Positions 47,634 to 57,676 of a DNA stretch of 64,000 bases are shown piece after piece. This stretch comes from Meyerozyma guilliermondii. Lineage: Eukaryota. Both the position numbers and the translations under genes were made by a program. The notes beneath the pieces were generated by a model, which saw only the letters and a program-made list of their open reading frames with translations, was not told where the DNA came from and ran no database searches. Position 1 is the first letter of the stretch. Each line of letters starts with the position of its first letter. Location: NCBI GenBank assembly GCA_051546255.1, contig CP128821.1:682001-746000 (forward strand), in the 5' to 3' direction.

Positions 47634-48278
47634 ATGCTTACTTCTGCTAAGAGAGATTTGAGATCGAGAGTTCGCAAAGTGCTCTCCGGAGTAACCTCAG
47701 GTTCACTTCATGGTCAGTCGACGGTCGTTTGCAGAACCTTATTAGAGAGCGAACAGTTTCGATCAGCTAAGTCTGTAGGTGTTTACATGAATATGCCTAC
47801 CATGGAGGTTCAAACTGAGTCCATAATTAAGGCGTGCTTCGATCAACAAAAGGCTGTTTTCTTACCCAAGTGTAGCAGCAACGCAAGATGTGAGGGCCGG
47901 AAGAAAAATTACATGTCTATGATACATGTACCTTCACTTGGAGATGTACACAATTTGGAGCCGCAAGGCAAATACAGGCTATTGGAGCCGACTGAGGGTA
48001 CAGAGGTCTTTAATACTGCAGGTCTTGATCTACTTATACTACCAGGTATGGCATTTACAAAGTCTGGTAGACGCTTAGGTCATGGAGCGGGATTCTATGA
48101 TGAATTTCTAACTGTATATCAATCTCACTTCGCTAGAGTACCCTATCTAGTAGGATTAGCGTTACTGGAACAAATTGTTGATGATATACCACATGAAGAG
48201 CACGACTGGGATCTTGATTGTATCATTAGTCAAGAAGGGCAGGTTTTCTGCCGTAAAATTAACCACTCACTTCACTAA
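47634..48278 (+). CDS. FAU1: 5-formyltetrahydrofolate cyclo-ligase
   Basis: K..LR N-terminus, DLLILPGMAF..SGRRLGHGAGFYD and EEHDWDLD. Confidence 0.93.
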   Translation: MLTSAKRDLRSRVRKVLSGVTSGSLHGQSTVVCRTLLESEQFRSAKSVGVYMNMPTMEVQTESIIKACFDQQKAVFLPKCSSNARCEGRKKNYMSMIHVPSLGDVHNLEPQGKYRLLEPTEGTEVFNTAGLDLLILPGMAFTKSGRRLGHGAGFYDEFLTVYQSHFARVPYLVGLALLEQIVDDIPHEEHDWDLDCIISQEGQVFCRKINHSLH

Positions 48279-48722
48279 AATTCCAATCCAGCACTTTTCC
48301 AACATTCGATCTGCATTGACCCAACTGTGGTATTTATTAAATAGGCTTGTTCCATCTCTACCTGCACATTTCAAGATCTCGTCAGCTCCACCAGGATGAA
48401 AGTCAATATATGGCGTGATATTGAATACTTTACCGTTTATGCTCGTCCAACAATCATTGCGATATTTGTGCGCCTTGAGCTGATCCAAGGTCACCCTTAC
48501 GTAGTTCGGCGGTGGGGTCAGATCTGGGACTCCTCTCATTTGACCACGCAGCGCAGTCAGATTCAAGTGGGCCCAGTCTAGAGGTGAGTGGCCAGGTGCG
48601 AGTTCCACTTTCCTTCTGGCTTTCTTAGTGCCGTCAGGTAGCGACTGGACTCTCTGGGCAGACCCAGCTGAAGGAAACAACGTTCCTAGGGTATTCCGCT
48701 TTGAGTCATTGCTTGCCATCAT
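48267..48722 (-). CDS. IRC21: Cytochrome b5-like heme/steroid-binding protein
   Basis: RKVEL.PGHSPLDWA, YIDFHPGG, F.KYHSWVN and CWIGIL. Confidence 0.88.
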   Translation of the reverse strand: MMASNDSKRNTLGTLFPSAGSAQRVQSLPDGTKKARRKVELAPGHSPLDWAHLNLTALRGQMRGVPDLTPPPNYVRVTLDQLKAHKYRNDCWTSINGKVFNITPYIDFHPGGADEILKCAGRDGTSLFNKYHSWVNADRMLEKCWIGILVK

Positions 48723-48813
48723 CACATTTCGTCAGAAGCGCGCGCAATTACTTAGACGCAAGATTGACATTTATTGACAAAAGTATTACTAAGACTTAAA
48801 ATACATCGTAACA

Positions 48814-51300
48814 TCATGAGCGTTGCCGGATTTGTTTTCTATCAACCCTCTCGTAGTATAACATGTATACTGTAGTGGTCTCCAATAGAACAGCAGATCT
48901 TGATACCTCAGTGATCGTAGCATCGCTTATACGCCAGTACGGACTCTTGATTAATGTTGGAATCTTTTTCATCTTGACCTTGTGAGATTCTTTCGTTGAC
49001 TCATCAAGTTGTTGTTGCTCTTCTAGCGTCTTCATCAAAGCTTGGGAATTGACAGGAGCGTTGAAATATCCAGAATCGATGTCGTTAACAAGAATCTCTG
49101 CTGGTGTGGTCAAACCCGATGTGATAATTTCCTGAATGTTGGCTTCCTCCGTATGAGCTTGATATACTGATGGTCGCTTTCCCATGAAATTTGAAAGCTT
49201 TCTCCGGAATCCACCATTGCTGAATTCCTGGTCAGAGCCTGACGTGGCTGAGGATGCATTGGAACTCTCTGAGTACGTGCGAGGCTTGTTATTTGAAATT
49301 TCATCTGAAGGGGCAATCGATGGACGCCTATTACCAGTTAAAGTGAACTTTCTTTTTTTCTCTGGCTCTGCTGAAGTGTTCAGTTCCTTACTCTTCATAT
49401 CACCAGTGCTTAGAGAAGATTGAACATCGGCACTTTCCATTGGAGAGTACTTGATCTCAGGCGAAAGCTTGATGATGTTACCCTCTCTGTCCTTGACAAA
49501 AAGTGGCTTATGCTTATAACATTCATAGTGACCTTGAGTATGAGATCCTTGGTGTCGAATCATAGCTTTTAGCTTATACTTGTAGTTATCATTCTCGTTG
49601 AACTTGAAATTCTGGAAGTGCCTTTTTAAGTTATCAGTCTGATCCTCCGTGATAGGCGTGTTGTTCAAAGTGTCGGGGGACTTGAATGCCGAGGATTCTG
49701 GTGAACCACCGCTTGTCTTGGACGGTGCAAATTTAATGTTCGTGTTTTCACGGAGTGTAGCCGCTGTCGTCGTACTTTGCTGAAGTGAATTAACAGATTC
49801 GGCGGAAGTGAGCGAAGACGTATCAGAGGTATCAAGTTCACTGGCTGTGCTAATACCCGCGGACTCTTCCTCGTCATCTTCGTCATTTCCATTCTCTTCG
49901 AAATCTTCCCTTTGAACGTCCTCATCCTCCATATCGTTTACGTCAGTTGTCAAAACATTTGATTTGATCTGCTGGCCCCCGGTAGATCCTTCCTCTTGCG
50001 CAGCTGATTGAAATTGTTTGAGTTCATGATAGTATTCCTGCCCAATTGAAAGCGAAAGACTATCATTGAATGTAACTCTGCATGGGTTCCTTGTTACCTC
50101 AACACCATTAAAGCTAGACCGTGAAAGGTGGATGCCGAAGACTTTTGGTGGCTTCAAAATCAGCGCTTTTCTGAGTACGGTGGAAGATACTTGGGAGATA
50201 TCTACTCCATCTTTTTTGTAAGACTTTACGTAGTCTTCCAAACTGCTTTCAAGGTCCCTATTGATACTCAATTGAGGATCACTATCAAGTTCTTTGAGTT
50301 TGTTAATGAAATCAGCCTCATCAGGTGATACACTTTTACCCTGTGCTTGCCGATGCATCTCATTTTCGACAATTTTTGAAACCCTACATTTGATACACTG
50401 ATACCCTTCGATGGACTCTGAGTCGTTTTCCTCTAACATGGACTCAAGGTTGGTCGAAACTTTTTGAGGAGTATGCAATGTAAGCATCAAAAAGGGGGAA
50501 AAGCTCGGTTTCGAAACGTGAGAACAAGTTAAGCATCTCATTTGCGATAAGATCAAGCCACTGAATGGAAATTCTGGAATATCAATACTCTCCAACTCAT
50601 CAATAGCATGAACATTATCCTGAAATTTAGAGCACCAAAGGCGGTAGTTTTTCACAATTTTTACATTTTCGTTTTCCAAAGTTTCGTTAATCAATAGGGT
50701 TAATTCGTGTGCATCGTGCTGAGACCTTGATATTCTAGCATCAAAAATCTTCTCTAATGAATGTAAAAATGTCCACACTGAAATTGTTCTTGTAGTCATC
50801 TGAGTTTCTTGTAACTTTTTGACAATTTCCGCTAATGCAATATGCAAAGGAATTTCGAACTTAGAGTTCTTATCCCTTGATTTGGTACCTTCACTGGTAT
50901 CAACTTTCAAGTCTTCCGCGATATTGTGTTTTATCATGAGTTGAGCAAGTTTTTCAAATTCGGATATGAACTGGTTCAAATACTCCGTAAGTCCCGGAAG
51001 TGACAGGTATGCCTGAAGTGTTGAGTTAGCAAAACAATCATTCCTCAAATTTATAAGCCCAGTGGTATGCTTATCGGGTCGCTTGGTAAACATCTTCTTG
51101 TTCGACCTAAGGTATGGAAAGGATGGTATTAGGATATAGAAGGCAGTGGCAGTCGCTGCAAAAATGTAGAAGTGGCGTGCAACAAAATATAGTAGTCCAG
51201 AAACAGGTGACTTCGGACTTTCAACAATGGGGAAGTTGACTTGTGAATCTCTATAATTTCTATTCAATATTAAACTCCGCACCTGTTGCCACAAGGACAT
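48814..51300 (-). CDS. UBP16: Membrane-anchored ubiquitin-specific protease, Ubp16 type
   Basis: N-terminal TM, GLINLRNDCF Cys box, QHDAHE, HLSRSSFNG...RNPC, HQGSHTQGHY and PYWRISD; first ATG at 51300. Confidence 0.85.
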   Translation of the reverse strand: MSLWQQVRSLILNRNYRDSQVNFPIVESPKSPVSGLLYFVARHFYIFAATATAFYILIPSFPYLRSNKKMFTKRPDKHTTGLINLRNDCFANSTLQAYLSLPGLTEYLNQFISEFEKLAQLMIKHNIAEDLKVDTSEGTKSRDKNSKFEIPLHIALAEIVKKLQETQMTTRTISVWTFLHSLEKIFDARISRSQHDAHELTLLINETLENENVKIVKNYRLWCSKFQDNVHAIDELESIDIPEFPFSGLILSQMRCLTCSHVSKPSFSPFLMLTLHTPQKVSTNLESMLEENDSESIEGYQCIKCRVSKIVENEMHRQAQGKSVSPDEADFINKLKELDSDPQLSINRDLESSLEDYVKSYKKDGVDISQVSSTVLRKALILKPPKVFGIHLSRSSFNGVEVTRNPCRVTFNDSLSLSIGQEYYHELKQFQSAAQEEGSTGGQQIKSNVLTTDVNDMEDEDVQREDFEENGNDEDDEEESAGISTASELDTSDTSSLTSAESVNSLQQSTTTAATLRENTNIKFAPSKTSGGSPESSAFKSPDTLNNTPITEDQTDNLKRHFQNFKFNENDNYKYKLKAMIRHQGSHTQGHYECYKHKPLFVKDREGNIIKLSPEIKYSPMESADVQSSLSTGDMKSKELNTSAEPEKKRKFTLTGNRRPSIAPSDEISNNKPRTYSESSNASSATSGSDQEFSNGGFRRKLSNFMGKRPSVYQAHTEEANIQEIITSGLTTPAEILVNDIDSGYFNAPVNSQALMKTLEEQQQLDESTKESHKVKMKKIPTLIKSPYWRISDATITEVSRSAVLLETTTVYMLYYERVDRKQIRQRS

Positions 51301-51798
51301 GCGTATTGGAGATTTATAAGAATTTGTTTTCTTGCCCCGCCCAAACCCCCGCAAAAATCTTCGGGCTCGAGGCGCACGACTACGTCATTTCGGAAAAACC
51401 AGGAACGCGATAGCATCGTTCGAGCACTATCTTGTTTTAATCAAAATTCTGAGACAATTCTCGGTTATACAACCGCATACTTGCTCAGATAATGATGCTA
51501 AAGTATTGTATTGAATATTGTACTAAGAATGTGACCTCTGTTGCTATCTTTGCAAGTTTGCTGGTACACAGTAAAATCGTAGAATTTGGCAAAATTAGAA
51601 TTTATATTAGCATCGAAGTAAATTCTTTAAATACCTACCTTGTTGCCAATGTGCACGTTGTAAGTCATTTCCAGGCTCATCTCCTCAATAATTCCCAATT
51701 TCACATCCCCTTTAGGTTTTCCCAAGGAATTAATTTGGGCGTGTACATACCGAAAGAATACGCAAGAGAACCACCCATTCGATATCTCGGGAGAGCCA

Positions 51799-54282
51799 AT
51801 GAAGTTTTCCCACTCTTTACAGTTTAATGCTGTTCCAGAGTGGTCTTCCAAGTACATTGCATATACCACCTTAAAGAAGTTAATTTATTCTTTACAAAGG
51901 GATTCGTTGAGGAATCATGGCGGGGATCTTGAATCTAGTTATTTAGCTCCTCATGAGCATGGAGATCGACCGGATGGATCGACGGTCTTCCTTGCTGCTT
52001 TGGACGCCGAGTTGAAAAAAATTGATGAATTTTATAAAACAACAGAGGCTGTTGCCTTTCAAAATACTGAAGAGTTAATGAGAGACATTGAGACTTTTGA
52101 AGCTGAACTCGAAGGGGCATCGAAGAGAAGGCCCTCGAGCTTCAGTGATTTTGGATTGACCAGATCGCGGTCAAAGCTGCAAGCTAGTAGAGAAAGGACG
52201 GAATCTGATGCTTCAGGAGACTACAACGCCGTTACTGACCCCGATACTGAATTCACGGAAGGGGAGGATGGTCGCGAGGAAGATGATGACATTCAAAATT
52301 ATAATCCAGAGGAGAGACCTATGCTCAAATCTAACGGACTGCAAAGTAAAAACATAGAGGACTATTTGAAGTCACCCAAGACAAGTGCAATATGGGGGGA
52401 GATAACCAACCAATTACCTCCTCAATTGATGCTTTTATCGGAAAGCAGGGTGATTCTTAGAAAGAGGGTAATCGGATTGTATACTACACTTTCTGAGTTG
52501 AAGTCATACATAGAACTCAACCATACTGGGTTCAAGAAGGCTTTGAAAAAGTTTGACAAGTCATTGAACACTCATTTAAAAGATGAGTATTTGGAAACTC
52601 TTCCTACGAGGTCTTTCATCTTCAAAGCTTCCACCACTGAGAAGCTAACGGAGCATTTAGATTCTTTGGTTAAGCTTTACGCTCTAATCTGTAACCATGG
52701 TGATGACTATGAAGCTGCTCGTTCAGAATTGTCAATTCATTTGCGTGAGCATGTAATCTGGGAGCGAAACACTGTTTGGAGGGACATGATCGGCTTGGAA
52801 AGAAAAGCCCAAGCACCTCGTGCTGATGGAGCTGATACGAAACTGTCAGCGAAAAACGCATTAAACTTTGACTTTTCATTGAAGAATCCTACATTGATCA
52901 AGATAGTACTGATTACGATTCTAACTATAATATTGTTGAACTTTTCACCCTTTGAAGACAAAGAACAAAAAAATTGTTTTGCCTTATTAATTTGTGCATC
53001 ATTGTTGTGGGCTACCGAGGCAATTCCCCTTTTCGTCACTTCGCTCTTGATCCCGCTCTTAATCATTGTCTTCAAAGTCCTTAAGAATGATGATGGATCG
53101 GTTATGGATGCATTGGATGGATCAAAGTACGTATTGTCAACGATGTGGAACTCTGTCATCCTTTTACTCTTGGGGGGTTTCACACTAGCCGCTGCGTTAT
53201 CGAAGTATCAAATTGCAAAACTCATGTCCACTTGGATTTTATCTAAAGCGGGAACCAATCCTTCAACGGTTCTATTGACTATAATGGGAGTGGCTTTGTT
53301 TGCTTCTATGTGGATTTCAAATGTCGCTGCGCCAGTGCTTTGTTTCTCTTTGATACAACCGTTATTGCGTACCCTACCTAAAGATTCCCAATTTATCGAT
53401 GCGCTAATCTTGGGCATTGCATTGGCGTCGAATGTTGGGGGTATGGCGTCGCCTATCGCATCTCCCCAGAACATGATAGCAATTGGCTCTATGGACCCAC
53501 AGCCTTCATGGGGTCAGTGGTTTGTTGTTGCGCTCCCTGTATGCATAATTACCCTTGTCCTTATTTGGGTATTTCTTCTCGTTGCGTTTAAATGCAATTC
53601 AAAAAACACCACTTTAGTGTCCATAAGAACCATTGACGATAAATTCACATTGACACAATGGTACATATTGGGAGTTACTATCATGACTATACTTTTGTGG
53701 TGCATTGCTTCCAGGTTGGAAGGTATTTTTGGCGAAATGGGAATCATAGCCTTGATACCGCTAGTCCTATTCTTCGGTCCAGGCCTTTTAGCCACTGAGG
53801 ACTTCAATAATTACCCATGGAACATTGTCATACTTGCTATGGGTGGAACTGCCTTGGGTAAGGCGGTAGCATCATCAGGGCTCTTATCGACAATTGCACA
53901 AACCATTCAGGCTGAAGTTGAGGACCTTTCATTATTTGGTGTTACACTTACATTTGGTTTGCTCATACTCACGATGGCAACGTTTGTATCTCACACTGTG
54001 GCAGCGTTGATTATTATTCCACTTGTTTCTGAAATCGGAAACAAATTACCTGAACCACATCCCCGACTTTTGATTATGGCTAGTGCATTATTGTGCTCGG
54101 CTGCCATGGGTCTTCCCACGTCCGGATTTCCAAATGTAACCGCTATCTGTATGACTGATGAATTTGGCAAACCATACTTGACTGTGGGAACTTTTATAAC
54201 TCGCGGTGTTCCAAGTTCGATCATTGCTTATGTTGTTATCGTGACAGTGGGGTATGCAACAATGAAAATCATCAACTTCTAG
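51799..54282 (+). CDS. PHO91: SPX-domain low-affinity phosphate transporter
   Basis: MKFSHSLQFN.VPEWS.KY SPX start, LREHVIWERNTVWRDM, SMWISNVAAP and SGFPNV. Confidence 0.9.
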   Translation: MKFSHSLQFNAVPEWSSKYIAYTTLKKLIYSLQRDSLRNHGGDLESSYLAPHEHGDRPDGSTVFLAALDAELKKIDEFYKTTEAVAFQNTEELMRDIETFEAELEGASKRRPSSFSDFGLTRSRSKLQASRERTESDASGDYNAVTDPDTEFTEGEDGREEDDDIQNYNPEERPMLKSNGLQSKNIEDYLKSPKTSAIWGEITNQLPPQLMLLSESRVILRKRVIGLYTTLSELKSYIELNHTGFKKALKKFDKSLNTHLKDEYLETLPTRSFIFKASTTEKLTEHLDSLVKLYALICNHGDDYEAARSELSIHLREHVIWERNTVWRDMIGLERKAQAPRADGADTKLSAKNALNFDFSLKNPTLIKIVLITILTIILLNFSPFEDKEQKNCFALLICASLLWATEAIPLFVTSLLIPLLIIVFKVLKNDDGSVMDALDGSKYVLSTMWNSVILLLLGGFTLAAALSKYQIAKLMSTWILSKAGTNPSTVLLTIMGVALFASMWISNVAAPVLCFSLIQPLLRTLPKDSQFIDALILGIALASNVGGMASPIASPQNMIAIGSMDPQPSWGQWFVVALPVCIITLVLIWVFLLVAFKCNSKNTTLVSIRTIDDKFTLTQWYILGVTIMTILLWCIASRLEGIFGEMGIIALIPLVLFFGPGLLATEDFNNYPWNIVILAMGGTALGKAVASSGLLSTIAQTIQAEVEDLSLFGVTLTFGLLILTMATFVSHTVAALIIIPLVSEIGNKLPEPHPRLLIMASALLCSAAMGLPTSGFPNVTAICMTDEFGKPYLTVGTFITRGVPSSIIAYVVIVTVGYATMKIINF

Positions 54283-54464
54283 GTTTTACCACACTGTCTA
54301 CAACCATCTATGCATTTACCGACTGCGGCTATGTGTAAGGCGATAGTCTACATCAGTCATTATCATTCATAATGAACATGAATCCAATAAATATAATATT
54401 CACTACTCTTGCAACTTTTAGAAAATCTATTGGCAAATACGAAGTGCACTTTCACTCGTTAATC

Positions 54465-55016
54465 TCATCCTATAGCAGCAGGTTGGCCGTTCTTCATTCT
54501 GTTAATGACATCCTTGTTGATATCACCCGTAGCACCACAGATTGAGCATTTCAAGCGCTTGCTGAAATAGAAGGGAAGCACCGGAATAAAGAAAAGCGTC
54601 ACTGCATTGATCGTGCGAACGGCATGTGCTGATTGGTTATGGCAGTTTCCACAATAGCATGCCATGTTACCAATTCCATCGATTGGTTTGTTGAACTCTT
54701 TGACTGGAATGTTAGTAGTTGCAAAATTCGGTACTAATGAGAGTAAAAACTCATCAATCTTGTGCCCAATTGGTTCCAAAGTGGCTCATGCTTACATCCA
54801 ATGAGAAAGAAACAAAAATCCATATTCTTCTCGATGTATGTGCGTTCAAATCAACAACTGGCCGTTGCTTTTAAATTCAACGTTCCAGGTTGGTGATCAA
54901 GTGACCGCAGTTGCTAAACGTTATGTACAGGACAATAAAGGTGATTGAACACGCCATGAAGCCAGTTGATAAGAACAGAGCAGCCCATACATACCTCCAA
55001 TGAGAAAGAAAAACAT
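54465..55016 (-). CDS. Small zinc-ribbon protein (YBL029C-A/UPF0768-like), spliced; exon 2 = 54703-54465, first exon = 55016-54995 or 54823-54796
   Basis: C.NCHN...TLFFIPVLP......CSIC pattern; TACTAAC 54717-54711 and CAG 54706-54704; donors GTATGT 54994 and GTAAGC 54795, both phase 1. Confidence 0.85.
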
Positions 55017-55514
55017 CTTTCAATTTCCTTTTGTTCACGCTTATTACTTGACTACTTAGCGTTTGCCAAGTCTTGATGTCAGGCTTTAGAGACGATAGCA
55101 AGCCATGTACAGGACTCCGCACCTGTTGAAATCCTACTTGTTCTGACATAATCAAGTTCAAAGGTACTTTAGGTTTTAAGTTGGGGTTCTTGGGAATTGA
55201 AGGCTAAAAGACTTATAGACAATTCTTAGAGCTCTATCAACAGATGAGCCCATACTTATAGATCTTCAGATGTGGTACTTGAGGGATTTCTTGAAACATC
55301 CCTCATACTTGAAACATCCACATTTAGTGTGAAACAACCACATTATCTAAGCTGCTTGATTTACGAGGTGTTCTGGTTCGGACACCTCTATTTTCAACAG
55401 CACCAACGTCGTATGCAGAAAATTGATTCACCTTCCTTGTTCAATCTTGAAAGCAGACATTGCCAGTGGCGAAAAAATATCTAGTGTAGCAAAGGAACAC
55501 CTAATTCTGGTCCA

Positions 55515-56369
55515 ATGCCGCCTCAAACGAAAGTTCAACGAAGAACCAATCTCTCAAGATCAATTTCATTGTTGCAATCGCAACATTTTTGGTGGTTCGT
55601 GGGACAATGCTCGATAGTAGTGTGTACTTCCATACACACCGTTGTCTCGATATTTAGCTCGTCACGAACATTCTATGACATCTGCCTCTTCTCAGTGCTC
55701 ATAACATACGCTATAGTGATTGGTCAAGTCCATTTCAAAGGAAAGCGAATCTCACAAATTCTTGCCATATTCAAGGATAGAAATTCTCGTATCAAATTTT
55801 TCAAGGATGACAACGTGCACTATTTCCTACTTGCGACAGTTTTCTATTTCACTCGCGGCATTATTGGTCCCATAAGTGGAGGTCTTTACCCATACGCTGT
55901 GTATGGAATATTTCATGCAATTGGTTATTTTCAAAATGAGCTTTTGCCCCTAATGTCAATTTCATTTGATAGGAAGCAACAAATTGATGCTACATTGACT
56001 CAAGCTGGAGCTCTCTACAACGATAGGGCGATGTTGGTTGCTTGTACCTCCGAATTGCGATTATTAGTGCTCGAGTTAATTTCGCTTCCATTCTCGGTGC
56101 TTTATATTTTTGGCAACCCCATGTTTCGCACCACCAAGGTGTTCGTATCGTTTGCAATCATATTCTTCCTGGTGATGAGGTACAATTCCAGCAAACACAT
56201 GAAAATGACCATTGAATCTACTGACGCAACAATACTTCAGTACCTCCGCCATCCCATGGTACCGCAGGTGGTGCTCCGAGTTTACGAATACGGGTTCAAG
56301 TACATGGCAAAACAATTCGCCATGATTGTCTTATCGCCACTAACCAACGCTAAGGCCAAAGTGAACTGA
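55515..56369 (+). CDS. Pom33/Per33 (TMEM33) family membrane protein
   Basis: QHFWWFVGQ, TYAIV, DDNVHYFLLA and L.PYAVYGIFH...Y. Confidence 0.78.
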   Translation: MPPQTKVQRRTNLSRSISLLQSQHFWWFVGQCSIVVCTSIHTVVSIFSSSRTFYDICLFSVLITYAIVIGQVHFKGKRISQILAIFKDRNSRIKFFKDDNVHYFLLATVFYFTRGIIGPISGGLYPYAVYGIFHAIGYFQNELLPLMSISFDRKQQIDATLTQAGALYNDRAMLVACTSELRLLVLELISLPFSVLYIFGNPMFRTTKVFVSFAIIFFLVMRYNSSKHMKMTIESTDATILQYLRHPMVPQVVLRVYEYGFKYMAKQFAMIVLSPLTNAKAKVN

Positions 56370-56593
56370 CATATGCACTTGAATTCTAGAATCAAGTGTC
56401 AAAGCATGCACGGCGCTAACAATTGACAGCCTCACAACTCCTGACGCGCACCGATCTCCGAATTAATCTACGGTGCAGGACCGAGCATGTGGAAGTCTTC
56501 CCCACTCATACAAGGAGGGGAACACATCTCACATGAACTTCTGTCACGACTATTATATAGCTGGAAAAGTCCGAACAACAACTTAAAAAAATA

Positions 56594-57109
56594 ATGAGTG
56601 TACACACATTAGTGGATCCAAAATGCGCTGAGTCCAACCTTCGTATCTTGCGGTACATGTTCAGGATTAATGTCGCTGTTATTGCAACAACATTTATCTG
56701 CTTACTCAAATTCCAGCCCGATAAGCTAAAGCCCTTCCTCTGGTCAAGTGGAGCTGCAATCTTCTGCTATGGTACACTCGATAACATGGGAAACCCAGGC
56801 TTTGTGACGGACGCGCAGGGGACCACTAGATTGATCAGATCTGGAAAAGATCTTCGAATCAGCAAGACCCCAGCTTTGGGACCTTATTACTTGACTATTT
56901 ATTTGTCATGGTTCATTGAGACAGTTTTGGCTACTTTAGGAACAGTCAACGTTTGCTGGCTTTTCCTTATTCCAACTGCATATTTATTTGCTAGAATTTA
57001 CATGTTTTACAGCGCTGAGCCAAAGCCTTCTGACATTCCCAGCCACAAACTGTACTCCCAACAGCTCCAAGACGGACACGGGGCTCGCACCAGGGCAATT
57101 ATCCGCTAG
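56594..57109 (+). CDS. Snd2/TMEM208-like membrane protein (diverged)
   Basis: K.A.SN..IL start, L..MG.P, LIRSG.DL, IYLSW and W.FLIP.Y; about 4 TMs. Confidence 0.7.
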   Translation: MSVHTLVDPKCAESNLRILRYMFRINVAVIATTFICLLKFQPDKLKPFLWSSGAAIFCYGTLDNMGNPGFVTDAQGTTRLIRSGKDLRISKTPALGPYYLTIYLSWFIETVLATLGTVNVCWLFLIPTAYLFARIYMFYSAEPKPSDIPSHKLYSQQLQDGHGARTRAIIR

Positions 57110-57204
57110 ATTAGATATGTATGTAATGAACAAAATACTCCTTATGGTGTTGCGTGTATATACCGGTAATGGTATTTAGAGTACAAGCTGAGATTCAACT
57201 AACC

Positions 57205-57582
57205 ATGAGCCTCTTGCATTTTCGCTCGACAATACACAGATCCTCTTTCATTATACGCAAACTGATGTCTACAAGTACGCAGCCTGGTCCTATTGAAGCT
57301 TGTATGACCGCAAAACTCAAGGATCAATTTAAACCTACTTCGTTAAAAATCAAAAATGATTCTCACAAGCATGCACATCATGCGGGGATTCGAGGAGCGA
57401 CAAACACGACTGAATCTCATTTCCAGATCGAGATTGTGAGCGATGAATTCGAAGGCAAGAACATGCCAACGAGACACCGTATGGTCTACCAATTATTAAG
57501 TGATGAATTGCAAAATAAAGGTGTTCATGCTTTGCAAATGAAAACGAAGACTCCAGCCGAATTCAGTAAGACAAACCAGTAA
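57205..57582 (+). CDS. BOL1: Mitochondrial BolA protein
   Basis: NDSHKHAHHAG, ESHF.IEIVS..FEG...RHRMVY.LL and GVHALQ..KTP; presequence from ATG 57205. Confidence 0.9.
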   Translation: MSLLHFRSTIHRSSFIIRKLMSTSTQPGPIEACMTAKLKDQFKPTSLKIKNDSHKHAHHAGIRGATNTTESHFQIEIVSDEFEGKNMPTRHRMVYQLLSDELQNKGVHALQMKTKTPAEFSKTNQ

Positions 57583-57676
57583 TAAATCAAACACAGATGC
57601 ATTAATCATATTATAGAAACAATAAACCGATATAAACAGTCGTCTTCTGTGATCGAACACAAGAACGAAATATGCG

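Noticed and set aside
54704..54779. ORF-track N-terminus MEPIGHK... of the zinc-ribbon gene
   Set aside because: TTG start inside the intron; the stretch contains the TACTAAC branch point
54877..55161. 94-aa hydrophobic ORF on the minus strand
   Set aside because: Overlaps exon 1a and the intron of the zinc-ribbon gene in another frame; the splice model explains the region better
57119..57209. Possible intron upstream of BOL1 (GTATGT...AACTAAC...GAG)
   Set aside because: Acceptor would be GAG; donor lies 10 nt after the upstream stop in terminator-like TATGTA sequence; ATG 57205 already gives a sensible presequence
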